From the human T2T-CHM13v2.0 reference genome, Homo sapiens: DNA of 64,000 bases. This document shows, piece after piece, positions 13,869-28,099 of this stretch. A model generated the notes under the pieces. That model was not told the origin of the DNA. It saw nothing but the letters and a program-made list of their open reading frames with translations, and ran no database searches. Every line of letters begins with the position of its first letter. The first letter of the stretch is position 1. The position numbers were made by a program, and so were the translations under genes. The stretch is taken from assembly GCF_009914755.1 (NCBI RefSeq), contig NC_060932.1, one strand, 5' to 3'.

Positions 13869-15621
13869 GCCTCCTGCTCAACTGCTATTATTTTCACTGA
13901 ATTAAACATGGAGGACAGGATGGATAAGTGATTGGTACTTTAATCTTGCACCTTTATGAGAGAGAGATCTAATTTCTTTTGTCTAAAGGAACTGGATTGA
14001 ACAAGTCACATACGATCAAAAGACTGAATATTTTTAAAGCAAGACAAAATATGAACCATTTTCATAGTAAAACTCCAGTCAGAAGAACCACTGTTGGTAA
14101 AGAATTTATCTACTTTTTTCACAGTTGATCTGTTTCTACTATCCATGGAACATCTTAACCACCAAGAAACTTTCTTTCCACCTAAACATCTGTGATACAT
14201 AATTGTCTCCTTATTGGCAGATACAGGGAGAGAAGGGTGCCTATAATTAAAAATAAGTGGACAAAAAGGCTTTCCAAATTGGCTTAGTAATGCTGCTTTC
14301 ATTTCTCAAGCAATATTTGAGAGTATCATTGGGCAAAAATTCCCATGAGGCTTCTGCTGAAGTTTCCTGAGCACAGCTAGGATTACCACTGGAATTAAGA
14401 GCTGCTGTTGCTGCATATAACATTCTGGTACCCTATGTACTCTAAGACAGAGGGAAAGGAACCAAAAAAGGAAAGAAGAGATTTAACCACCACTACTACT
14501 CTGAACCTGCAGAGCCAAGCTCCTAGCATCTTGAAGGGCTGGGATCACCAAGCCTGGCTTCCTGTATTATGATGAGTACAATTTGCTAATGAGGTCCCCT
14601 GAGTCTATCACTTTACATAGCTAATATAAAAATAACCCCGTGAGATATGAGTTATCACATCTCTTTTTTAGATAAGGACCGAGAGACTCAGGATTACCAA
14701 AGTAACCATGATTCAAATCTAATTGTCTCTTATTCCAAGCGTAGGCATTTCAACACATTAAGAAGGTGCCCATGTGCCAGCCTGATTTGGGGAACCCCAA
14801 GATGGGTCCTGTATCCCACTCCCCACTTTTAGGTGAGACAGTTTACTCAGAGCCAGAATGACTGAGTTCAAATTTCATGGGCTGTAAAATCTCATACAAA
14901 TTCCCTAATATTTCTTCATCTCCTTTCTCCATCTATCAAAGAGGGATGATGATTATAACCTATCATATGAGGATATTGTGGGATTAAATAAATAAATATA
15001 TGAAAAGTGCTTAGACAAGTGCCAAAGAATGTCTAGCTCTACTATGCATTCAGGATCGGTCCCAGCTGTCACCTCCTTACTTCTAGTTAATTTAAAATGT
15101 GCTGAGAGAAAGATCTTGTCATTGTGCCCCCTCAGTCTTTATTCTTTTGGACCCCGTTATTCCATTTCTAGCACACATGTCCCAAGATCCAAAAGGCCAG
15201 AGTTTGGAATATGGTTCCTCATGTTCGGATAGCATAGTTACTTCTGATCATGAACTCCTACATTAAGCACAAATCCAGACCTCTGAATGCATCCTCAAGA
15301 CACTGCATGAAGGTTGGAACCATGTCTGGTTTTAAAACATTGCATTTGGAGTAGGGCACGTCTTAGCTTTGTCACTAATTTGCTGGGCAAACTTCCCCTC
15401 TGAGCTTTGGTGTTCTTATCCCTGAAATGAGTGAATAGCTACTCAAAGGATTATGAGAAGTGAAGCGACAAAGCATTTAAACACCTACAGCACACACTGA
15501 ACACGTGACAGATTATTGTAATTACCCATTTGCCATTTTATTTTTCTTGAGAGCTGGCAGTGTAGTAGTTCTAATTCTTTCAAAACACCTTTACAGTCTC
15601 AAACTATAAGACAGCTCTTTA

Positions 15622-15913
15622 GGCCGCGTGCGGTGGCTCATGCATCCCAGGACTTTGGGAGGCCGAGGTGGGTGGATCACCTGAGGTCAGGAGTTCGAGA
15701 CCAGCCTGGCTAACATGGTGAAACCCCATCTCTACTAAAAATACAAAAATTAGCTGGGCGTGGTGGTGTGCACCTGTAATCCCAGCTATTCAGGAGGCTG
15801 AGGCAGGAGAATCACTTGAACTCAGGAGATGGAGGTTGCAGTGAGCCGAGGTCGTGCCACTGTACTCCAGCCTGGGCAACAGAGTGAGACTTCATCTCAA
15901 AAAAAAAAAAAAA
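15622..15913 (+). mobile_element. AluSx-like SINE
   Basis: Dimeric Alu with GGATCACCTGAGGTCAGGAGTTCGAGACC and A tail. Confidence 0.95.
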
Positions 15914-16437
15914 GGAACAGCTTTTTGTCAAATTAGGTAACAATTTTTTTCTTTATTTTCTTATTGTTTCATAAGACTTGAAAAACACACTTGCACATCA
16001 AACTGTCCCCAAAGGGAGTCAGTCTATAAATGTAATGACATCAGACATTTTTCTTATATTTTGATACCCTGGCATTGTGGAATAAGAAATCCTGACTTTC
16101 TACCATGTGGAGTTACTGTCTTGAAATAAAGCACGTGTTTCTTGTCTATATACATGTTTCAGTTTGAGTAAATGTGTATGTGAGTGTATGTATGTGTATT
16201 TACCATCTAGATATTTTAATTATTGCTGTATTTGTTTACAAATAGGACAAACTGTTTTTGAAAATTTGAAAAGTTGCAAAGTAACCAAATCTATGTGAAT
16301 AATAATAGTTTTCGTGTATTGAGCATATGTGACAAGCTCTGTGTTTGGTAGCCCTAATCTCATTTACGTTTCCCAATACAATAGAACTTCTCCCAAAAGC
16401 TTACTGTTGCTGTCATTTTACAAATGAGGAAATCTGC

Positions 16438-16739
<302 letters not shown>

Positions 16740-17326
16740 GATGAAATCACCTTTAAAAATGACTAGTTAGGGGCAGAACTAGGATTTGAACTTGGGTCTG
16801 TCTGACTTCATTCAGAGCCTGCTTTCAAATTAGACAGCAGCCTCCACCTGTTTAGAGTCAGAGATTTGTATTCCATGGGTGTTATTGAAGCAGACGTATC
16901 TCCTGATAATAGCATAGACATTTGGGACAAGGTAAAAGTTTCCCCAATGAGTCTATCAGAAACCACTCTTATCTCTAAAGAAATAAGCCAATTTGTTACT
17001 CATTATAGAACTGACTTAAAGAATTCACGAAAAACAGGCTTCCCTCTCTGATGGCTTCATCTTTGTTGAGGCTAAGACTTGAGTGTTCAGTTCAAAACAA
17101 AAACGAGAAACAAAATAGCGCAGGCCCTGACCAAAAGGTCCATGTCTAAGGTTGGCACTGACCTTCAGCCCAGGGACATCCCTCCTCTACAGTACTCACT
17201 GCCTGTCCAGTCTTTGAGATTCTCACTCTAACCCTGGCAGGACTTCATCTGCTGCCTGGATTCCCAGACTTGGTTGGGGCTCAATAGTGATCCTGACACA
17301 AGGAGTGGGAGAATGCATTCACTTAC

Positions 17327-17994
17327 TGGGAGGGCAAGGGGCGCTTGATCCTGACCACAGCCACCTGCACTCCATCCTGCTCGGGCCTCTCCTCAGCCTC
17401 TCCTCCATAGCCGCTGTCCTCTGTGTCTACGCTGTCACTCCTCCATGTGGGCTCCTCCTGCTCCATCACTCTCCAGCCCTTGGTTAGCTCAGACACCAGG
17501 TTGGCACATTTTCTCCTCCGCGTTGGGGAGCCGTGGCTGTGGAGGATTCTGTCAATGTCATTCTCTGGCTGCCCAGGTTCAAGCACACCAGCATCCCTCT
17601 CGTACCTGTGGCTGAGGTGGCTCACGTCCCCTCCTCTCTCATAAGTCTTGCTGACCACCGTTTTGGACACCTCTTTCTTTTTGATGTGAGAAACCTCAGG
17701 GGCTTTCTCTGAGCTTTGTCCATCTCCATGTCCTTCTGGCAGGCGGGGTGGCGACTTTGGGGCACTCTGAGCTTTCTGGTGTGAAGTAGGGGGTGTGATT
17801 GGTTTAGGAGCTTGAGGTGAGTCCTGGGTCCCTCCCGGCAGCCAGCCTGTAGGCTCCTGGGCCTGCCTGATGCTGTTCTCATTCGCCCACTGCTGCCAAC
17901 CTCGGGCCAAGCTGATGACCAGGGTGGCTGTGCGTATCTTCCGGAGGGCGCTCTTGGCTGGGCCCTCCCCGCTTTCCTTTTCGCCCGGAGCCAT
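17327..17994 (-). CDS. ABRA: ABRA/STARS exon 1 coding part (actin-binding Rho-activating protein)
   Basis: ATG at 17994 in a good Kozak context (GGCAGCATGG); MAPGEKESGEGPAKSALRKIRTATLVISLARGWQQW...KRPLPS; 668 nt; with exon 2 gives the 381-aa protein I recognise as human ABRA. Confidence 0.97.
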
Positions 17995-18049
17995 GCTGCC
18001 CACCTGTCTTTCTCTGCTGATAGCCTGGACACTGGCTAAAATGAGTGTG

Positions 18050-18380
18050 GTCCAGTGGAGTGCCTGGGATTTAAATAGAAGCAGGGTGCGGGGTGGGAAG
18101 GAGAGCTTAGTGACGATGGAAACTATGTGAAGCATTTCTTGCCAAGATGTGGCGCCTTTGCCCTGATGGTGTTCTTTTTATAAATCATGACAGCTCCAGT
18201 TTCATCACGGCAGAGGGACATCTCTGCTGGTAAGGAACAGTGATATGCTCACTCTCTTCTCCAAGTGCCAGAGTGGAAATTACTAGATCAAGTCATGTGC
18301 TCAGCCTTACGTTTGTCTGACCTTAATATGGTCCTACCATTTATAGGTGCATACATATTATCCTGGGAACATTATAGGAT
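18050..18380 (-). promoter_or_regulatory. ABRA: ABRA proximal promoter
   Basis: TATA-like CTATTTAAAT (minus strand, 18078-18069); AT-rich TTATAAAAAG near 18174-18183; E-box CATGTG 18294-18299; TTAAGGTCA 18326-18318; CC(W)7GG elements at 18321-18331 and 18337-18347. Confidence 0.75.
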
Positions 18381-18826
18381 TGTTCCCACTTAAACCCCAG
18401 CAGCCCTCAGTACAGCTCCTAATTAGTTCCACTTTATAGCTAAGTAAAATAAAATCTAACTTCCAGCAGCTAATAAAATATGAGATTCAAATCCATCTCT
18501 GTGTAATTCAAAGCGTGTGCCTCCTTTTATTCCAGTTATCAAAGATCCTAAGTTGCCTTTTTCTTTTTCATTCAACTCCATTAGAAATAGACCTTAGAAA
18601 ATCAACTCATCCAATCTTCATTTTCCAAATGAGAAAATTGAAGCCCAGATACGAGAAAGACCAAAGTCCAGATAGTCAAAGACTAATTACTTTCTAGTCC
18701 CAACTTTGAACTATTGTATAGATAACTCATATTAAAATACAAAAAGGGAGTCAAAATTTTGGTCCAATCATTAAAAAATGTTTTTAAAACCTGTATACAC
18801 ATTGGATTTTAGAAATTATTATTGGA

Positions 18827-19181
<355 letters not shown>

Positions 19182-19262
19182 CTAAGGACAGAATTCTAAG
19201 GACAGAATAAATGAAAGCTATCGGTAGCTCACTTCTTATCCCCATCCCGCCTACCCTTACCG

Positions 19263-19582
19263 TTTGGTTTGTGGTTGTTGTTTTGTTTTGTTTTTTGAGA
19301 TAAGGTCTTGCTGTGTCCCCAGGCTGGAGTGCAGTGGTGTGATGATGGCTCACTGCAGCCTTGACCTCCTGTGCTCAATCAGTCCTCCTGCCTCAGTCTC
19401 CCAAGCAGCTGGGAATACAAGCATGAGCCACCATGCCTAGCTAATTGTTTTTGTTTTTGTTTTATATAGACGGAGTCTCGCTATGTTGCCCAGGCTGGTC
19501 TCAAACTCCTGAGCTTGTGCAGTCTTCCCACCTTGGCCTCCCAAAGTGCTGGGATGACAGATGTGAGCCCCCACGTCTGGCC
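19263..19582 (-). mobile_element. AluJ SINE
   Basis: Diverged antisense Alu with GTTTT tail and J-type features (CACTGCAGCCTTGACCTCCT). Confidence 0.9.
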
Positions 19583-19917
19583 CCTTTTGTTTTTAGTAAC
19601 ACAATCTTCCTTAGCAGGACTTTATGTTCATGTAGGCAAAGACAGTTTTTCAACTCTCACAAGAGGGACTGAAATATAATATTTTTTTAAAAGGACTGGA
19701 AAGACAAGCATGTGGACAGAAAGAGAAACATCTATGCAGTGTATTAAACCAGATAAAAATGTCCAGGGCTCAGCAATGAATAATTTCTTAAAGTAAGACG
19801 GAATTTTTTTTCATTCAACAGGTCTGTTGGCTTTAAAACTATATCCTTTCCTTCAGTCTTGCATGCAAGTAACCATACTGATTGAAAACTGCTGTTTAAG
19901 AGCACAAAAAGGTATAA

Positions 19918-20288
<371 letters not shown>

Positions 20289-21451
20289 GCTATTCGTTTT
20301 TCATCGTGTGGGTTATTTACCTCTTAGGATAAAAAAAATTGGGAAGTGATTTAATACTTAATCTACAGATCTGTCAGAGGTGTTTCCAGAGTTCAACGGC
20401 ATCTGATAACATTAACTGAGGGCCAGAAATGCGGAGAAAAAAAAAAATCCATCTTGATTAATTAAGAGGAAATTGGATCACAAGGAAAGAAAACTATTAC
20501 AAACAAAGATTTCAATCTGAGCCTGAAATTTCTGGCATTCCTCCCAGCAATGCAGATTCACTGCAGCCTGTTTGGTTCTTATCAGAATCTCTTCATCCCA
20601 CTTGGAAGGTCTTAGGAAAAAATAGAGTTCCTCTAAGACACCCATACGCTTAGCCCAGAATCAGGATAATTTATAGCTTTCAACGGGATTTTCCTGCTTG
20701 CCTGTCCACACCTGCCCCAGATTCAGTCCTGATAGAGGGAGAAGAAAGGGAAACAGCAAATGTTAACAGTCTTTCACGTATTAACTGGCATTGCAGTCAG
20801 CTACTGGGGTTTGGGGATGTCAGCAGATGGTCTTGGCTGAAAAACAGGAGCAGCTTCTAAAAGAACCTAGTCATTCCTTCTGAGATTTAGCCTCCATGGC
20901 AACTGCAGTCCTTCATTCATCACTCTACAGAAGAGAGTGTAAAATCGTTTTCCTCCTCACGCGTGCTTTGGGCCTTTCTTCCCTAAAGCAAGGTCTGTAT
21001 GCTACCTCCCATACATCTTTGATTACTATAGAAATATTACGTTCATTGTCTCAATCGAAATTCAAATTCTTGGGAGTTCTAGATTTTCCTGTTTCATTTA
21101 TGTTAGAAATGAAAATAAAACCTCAAAGACAAAAATAAAATGAATTAAGTGTTTTACAATGGGAGCTTCCTAGGAAACCTTGAGATTTGAAACTGTTTGT
21201 GAAGATGCAGACCTGATTAATGAGATCATTATCGCCTAAGAAGTCTGTCATAAGTGAGAAAGTATCTTGAAAATAGTATTTGTTATTTTTTGATCATATG
21301 AATAGTAGAAAGAGGAAGGAGAGGTATTTATATATTTTTCTGCATGATACACTTAGAAGTTAGGTAGAGCCAACCCTCATAGCCAGCTGTATAATCTGAT
21401 TAAAGAGACTTTAGGAACCTACATTTGCTCAAAGCTATATGAAACAATCGC

Positions 21452-21754
21452 TTTTTTTTTTTTTTTTTTTTTTGAGATGGAGTTTCACTCTTTTGCCCAG
21501 GCTGAAGTGAAGTGCCATGGTCTTGGCTCACTGCAACCTCCGCCCCCTGGGTTCAAGTGATTCTCCTGCCTCAGCCTCCTGAGTAGCTGGGATTACAGGC
21601 ATGCTCCACCACACCTGGCAAATTTTGTATTTTTAGTAGTGACGGGGTTTTGCCATATTGGCCAGGCTGGTCTCAAACTCCTGATCTCAGGTGATCCAGC
21701 TGCCTGGGCCTCCCAAAGGGCTGGGATTACAGACGTGAGCCACCACACCAGGCC
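21452..21754 (-). mobile_element. AluS SINE
   Basis: T tail plus antisense dimer. Confidence 0.93.
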
Positions 21755-23490
21755 ACAATAGCTGCTTTTTAAAGTTGTTTTATTGTGTATATTTGAAGTT
21801 TACAACATGATTTTATGGAATACAGGTATAATAAATAGCAAAATGATTACTATAAGAAAGCAAGGTAACATATTTATCATCTCACATAGTTGCTTTTTTG
21901 ATAAGAGCAGCTAAAATCTACTTTAAAATTTCTAATGCACTTTTATTAACTATAGTGCTCTGTTGTACATTAAATCTCTAGATTTGTTAATCCTACATAT
22001 CTGCTACATTGTATCCGTTGACCTGTTTTCCCATTTCATCCCCCAAGCCAACTCTTGTAACCACTATTTTATACTCTATATATTTGACCTTTTTTAAAAA
22101 ATCATGCAATATTTTCCTTTCTGTGTCTGGCTTATTTTGCTTAACAAAATGTCCTTCTTGTCCATCCATGTTGTGCCAAATAGCAGGATGCCATTCTTTT
22201 TTCTGGCTGAATAATATTCCATTCTTTCTTTATATATAGACACACACATATACATATACACACACATATATATACACACATACATCTATATAATATGTAT
22301 ATTATATGTTATATATATGCATACACACATATATACATATTCCACATTTTCTTTATCCATTTGTCCATCTACAGACATGTATGTTGTATCCATATTTTGG
22401 GTATTGTGAAAAATACCACTATAAATATGGGATTGCAGATATCTTTATGAGGTAGTGATTTCATTCCCTTTGGGTATAGGCTCAAAAGAGGGATTGTGGG
22501 ATCATATATAGTTCTATTTTTAATTTCTTTAGGAACCTCCATACTGTTTTCCATAATGACTGCAACACCCTACATTTTCACCAACAATGTACTTTTCTCC
22601 ACATCATTGCCAACATCTATTATCTCTTGACTTTTCAATAATAGTCATCCTAATGGATATGAAGTGATATCTCATAGTGGTTTTGGTTTGCATCTCCTGG
22701 ATGATTATTGATGTTGAGCACATTTTCATATACCTACTGTCCATTTTTATATTTTCTTTGGATAAATATATCTTTAGGTCCTTTGTCTATTTTTTAATGA
22801 AGTTATTTGTCTTTCTGCTATTAACTTGTGTTTTATTTATACTTTTAAAATACTTAACTCTTTATCAGATATGTAATTTACAGATTTTTTTACAGATATT
22901 TTTCCCAATTCATAGGTTGCCCTTTTGTTTTGTTGTTTCCTTTGCTGTGCAGCTTTTTAGTTTGATATAGTTCCATTTATTTATGTTTGATTTTGTAGCC
23001 TGAGCTTTTAGTATAATATATTTAAAAAATCATTGCCAAGGCCAGTCAATGTCCAGGTGCTTTATTCCTATGTTCACTTCTAGGAATTTTATGCTTTTAG
23101 GTCTTACATTTAGGTCTTTCATCCACTTTCAGTTGGTTTTTGTGTACGGTATAAGATAAGGGTCCAATTTTATTCTTTTGCATGTGGAAATCCAACTTTC
23201 CCAGCACCATTTATTAAAGAGACTACCCTTTCCCCATTGTGTCTTCTTGATGCCCTTGTCAAAAATTTGTTGGCTGTATATATTCATATTTATTTCTGAG
23301 CTCTCTATTCTGTTTTTTTGGTCTGTGTTTCTGTTTTATGCCAATACCATACTGTTTTGATTACTATAGCTTTGTGGTATAATTCTTATTCAGGAAGTGT
23401 GATGCCTCCAACTTTGTTTTTCTTTCTCAGTATAGCTTTGGCTGTTTGGGTTTTTTTTTTTTATGGTTCTTTAAAAATATTAGGATTGTT

Positions 23491-23901
<411 letters not shown>

Positions 23902-24398
23902 TTATTCTTGGGATAGTATGGACATTTTAACAATCCTACTTCTTCTGGTCTGTGAACATGGGATATCTTTACACTTAGCTGTGTATTCTTCAATTTCTTT
24001 TATCAATGTTTTATAGTTTTCATTGTAAAAATCTTACACCTGCTTTGTTTAAATTTATTTCACGTATTTTTATGCTATCATAAGTGGGATTGTTTTTCTT
24101 GATTTCTTTTTCAGCTAGGTTATTTGTGTATAGATACCTAAAAGTTTTTATATGCTGATTTTGTATTCTGCAACTACTGAATTCATTTATTAGTTCTAAC
24201 AGTTTTTTTATATGAAACTTTGGGGGTTTTCTACCTATAGGATAATATCATCTGCAAACAGAGATTACTTCTTCTTTTTAAATTTGAGTGACTTTTCATT
24301 TTTTTTTTTTCTTGTCTGATTGTTCTTGCTAGTACTTTCAGTACTATGTTGAATAGAAGTGGTGACAGTGGGCATCCATGCCTTGTACTGGATCTTAG

Positions 24399-24762
<364 letters not shown>

Positions 24763-25450
24763 AGCTGTGGATTTTTCTTAAACTGCCATTATTATGTTGA
24801 GAAACTTTCCTTCTATACTTAAACTGTTAAGAATTTTTATCAAGAAAAGATCATGAGCTTTGTCAAATGCTTTTTCTGCGTCAATTGAGACAATACTGTG
24901 GTATTGTTCATTCTGTTAATGTGATGTATCTTTGATTTGCATGTTTAACCAGCCTTGTATGCCAGAGATTAATCCCACTTGATCATGATGTGTAATCTTT
25001 TTGATGTGTTGTTGAATTCTCTTTGCTAATATTTTTAGAGAAAGAATAATTTTATTAATCCTTTTTATGTGAGGTCCTTAAACAAATAAGTCCCTTACTT
25101 GTTTGGACTTATTTGTTTGGTAAACTGGTAACTTGCTTAGTTTCACACAGTTGGTCATGAAAATACTTTAATAGAGTAAAAAAGAGCTTCTTATTGCAGT
25201 GGAATTTACCATGCTCAATGTTCGTGGAATGTATACAATGGGTGAAGACTGATGGTAAACAATGTGGGATAGGGTATAAAGATGAACAAAAGAGAATCTA
25301 CTTTCATGATTTTTCCCAATCTAGCCAGGAGAACACATACATACAACTACCTTTAATAGTTAGGAGAGAGCTCCATTAGAAATATCACAAAAAAAGTTAC
25401 AAAGGCATGAAGATATCTGGTATACCTAGAGACTTTCTAATGGTCTACAG

Positions 25451-25717
25451 TAGGGATCACAAACTCAAATGTCAGGCAGGTCACTTAAAGATGCGAAGTG
25501 AGTTGGGTTGGAGCCACAATAGGGTGTGGTGAGAATTGTGGACAACTTATAAAATAATGTTTCAAAGAAGTAAGAGATCTGTATTTTCGCTTGAGTGCTC
25601 CCATTCCTTAAATGATAAGACTTGTGTGCACACACACACTGGTATTGGGTGAACCAAAACAATGTAGCATGTCTTTGGGTTGGATCCTGCTTGTGTGCTC
25701 CCAGTTTATGACCTTTG
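25451..25717. mobile_element. hAT-Charlie-type MER fossil (MER102-like)
   Basis: Degenerate terminal inverted repeats TAGGGATCACAAACT ... AGTTTATGACCTTTG. Confidence 0.45.
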
Positions 25718-26254
25718 GAGAACATAGTGTTTTTGGGGTAAGGACAAGGGGCCAGAGAGTGGTAAGAGATACCTCTAAGGAGGTAAGTTGGAGCTATTTT
25801 GTGAGGATCTTGCTAAGAAATCGGTGCTTTATCAAGTAGGGCTCATTGAATCCCTCAAGGATCTTAAGCCTGGATGTGGTATCAAATTTGTGTTATCAAA
25901 TGATCAATCTAGAACCAGCAAAAAAAAGTTTGGATTTGAGAAAGATAAGACTAGGATAGGAAGATTATGTATAGGGATTACTAAAATAATCTTGGAAAGA
26001 AACAAATGAAGGTCTGAAAGAAGAGATCTGAGAGCCATTAAGAATAACACCAAAATGACATAGAAACTGACAAGTTGCCATGAGTGAGGGCAGTGAGGAG
26101 TGATCCAGAAGCTTCTGAGTTAAGTGACAGCAGGGAGAGGGCAGTGGAAGAGCAGGATTTGTGGTGAGAGGGAAAAGTTTTCATGTTGAGTTGGGGAATC
26201 TCTGGGACTTGGTGTGGAGCTGTTAAGTAGCAAGATTAATCAGGAATCTGGACC

Positions 26255-26480
26255 ACGTGGTCAGGCAGAACCAGGTGAAAATCCAGGCTCTGCTGGTTAG
26301 CACAGTGACCCGGGGTGTATTATTTAACTTATCTAAGGTTCTGTTTCTTCCTCTGTAAAATGAGTATTAGCACAGCACCTAGCTCACAGGGCCTGTGTGA
26401 AGATTAAATGAGTTAACACGTGTAAAGTACTTAGCTCCATGCCTGGCAGATGTTAATTCTTGATATGCGGTTACTATTAA
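26255..26480 (+). mobile_element. MIR SINE
   Basis: TTATTTAACTTATCTAAGGTTCTGTTTCTTCCTCTGTAAAATGAG...GATTAAATGAGTTAACACGTGTAAAGTACTTAG. Confidence 0.8.
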
Positions 26481-28099
26481 TATTTTAATGTTGAGTCATG
26501 GGAGTTAGCAAACAGACTCCTTAAATTCTCTTTGACCAAGGACAGGGGTGAGTCTTCAGGTAGGAAGGTCATGTATGGTCACCTGTAGAGACTGGAGGCT
26601 GCAAGGGAAAACTTATTTTTAGTGTTTTATTTTAAGGTAATTTATGGTGTGGCTTTTAAGGTTATGTCTAAAAGGTTTCTCTCCGCCTGGTGGATAAGGT
26701 CAGATGAGGTCTCAATTACTTGGGAGTGTTGCACACAGACTCTCTCCTGGAGCCTTGTGGAATATAGAGCTCAGCAGTTTCCAATCACTGGGGATCACTG
26801 AGAATTTGAGATCTTAAATCACATTAGGATCACTTGTGGCACTTTCAAAACTACAGATGGTAAAATGCTGTCTCTGGAGACGAGTCCTGCGTGGGATCCT
26901 GGCACCAGCTTGATCTAAGCATAGCATCAGGGTTGAGAACCATGGTTCCAGCTGCTGGAGTGCTGTGGGTCTAGCAGACACTTGACTTGCAGGTTTCAAG
27001 AGTGTAACACGATGTGGGTTCAGGAAGATTGATTTTGCATTCTGGATATTCTTCTAGAAGGTGTCTACCCTTGGAAGAGTTATTTAACTTCTCTGATAGT
27101 TGATGGACTTGTCTGAAAATAGTAGTAACATTAACCTCCTCCTGGCAACATGTAGCTATCAGGTTTATATGAGCCCAAGTCTGTGACGACATTAGCCTAG
27201 TGCTTAATACACCATACAGGAGCATCACAGGGAAGCTGTTAATATTGTTATTTATACTATTATTGAGGGTAATGATGCCACTTTGTAAATAAATGACCTA
27301 GATTCATAGACAACATACTAAACTTCAGTATGAATAATGCATTTAAACTTTTATGTTATAAACAATCGCAATTTACATACATTGTCAGAGCCTAAAGAAC
27401 ATTTCAGGGAACAAATGCCACAGGATCCCATGGTCTAGTAAACGATACTCACATTAACTTAATTCAGGAAATGAACACATAATCGCCTGGCATACCTAAT
27501 TTAATCTGAAAAATGGTGCCTCAGAAACTGGTCTTGCAATTATGATTCAAACTCACTTCTCTTTGAGTAGCAGTTGCTAAGCCTTCGCTATGTTAGTAAC
27601 ACTAAGTTGGTTCAATTAATGCCCAATTAACTCCACACTGCACTAACTTAAACGTGTATCTCATAATACTGAGGAATACCTTAAACCTAAGCTACCCTGA
27701 CTTCTGACTTCTTTTCTCATTGAGTTGCACAGCAAAACACAGCCATGTGGTACCACATCCTTCATGCCCACACACACAGCTGAATGTGACTAGAGAAACA
27801 CATGGAAATTTGCTGTCTCACTTTACAATTTTTGACCTCCAACCTCAGATGCTGCTCAGCTCTCTACTGTATTTCCCTTGTCCCTTCATTCTTCCAGTGT
27901 CCTGGGTGACTGTTTAATGTTTTCCCTTCTCTAAATGGTCAATGCTTCTTCCACCATCGTCACTCCAGCTAGTGAGTTTGCTGTCCATTTCACATAGAAC
28001 CAAGAGCACTCTTGAACTCCCACTCTGAAGTCTACCCGCCTTCCTGCATGTGTCCATGCACCCTGCCTTTGGCCCTGATGTTATGGATGAGTGGTCAGA

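Noticed and set aside
17287-18130. Overlapping antisense and alternative-frame ORFs over ABRA exon 1
   Set aside because: Expected shadows of a GC-rich coding exon; no independent support.
17995-18135. 47-aa N-terminal extension of the exon 1 ORF (MLHIVSIV...)
   Set aside because: It spans the TATA-like box and probable TSS; the ATG at 17994 has a strong Kozak context and gives the known N-terminus.
18142-18156. CCAAGATGTGGCGC as a promoter CTCF site
   Set aside because: Three mismatches in the core.
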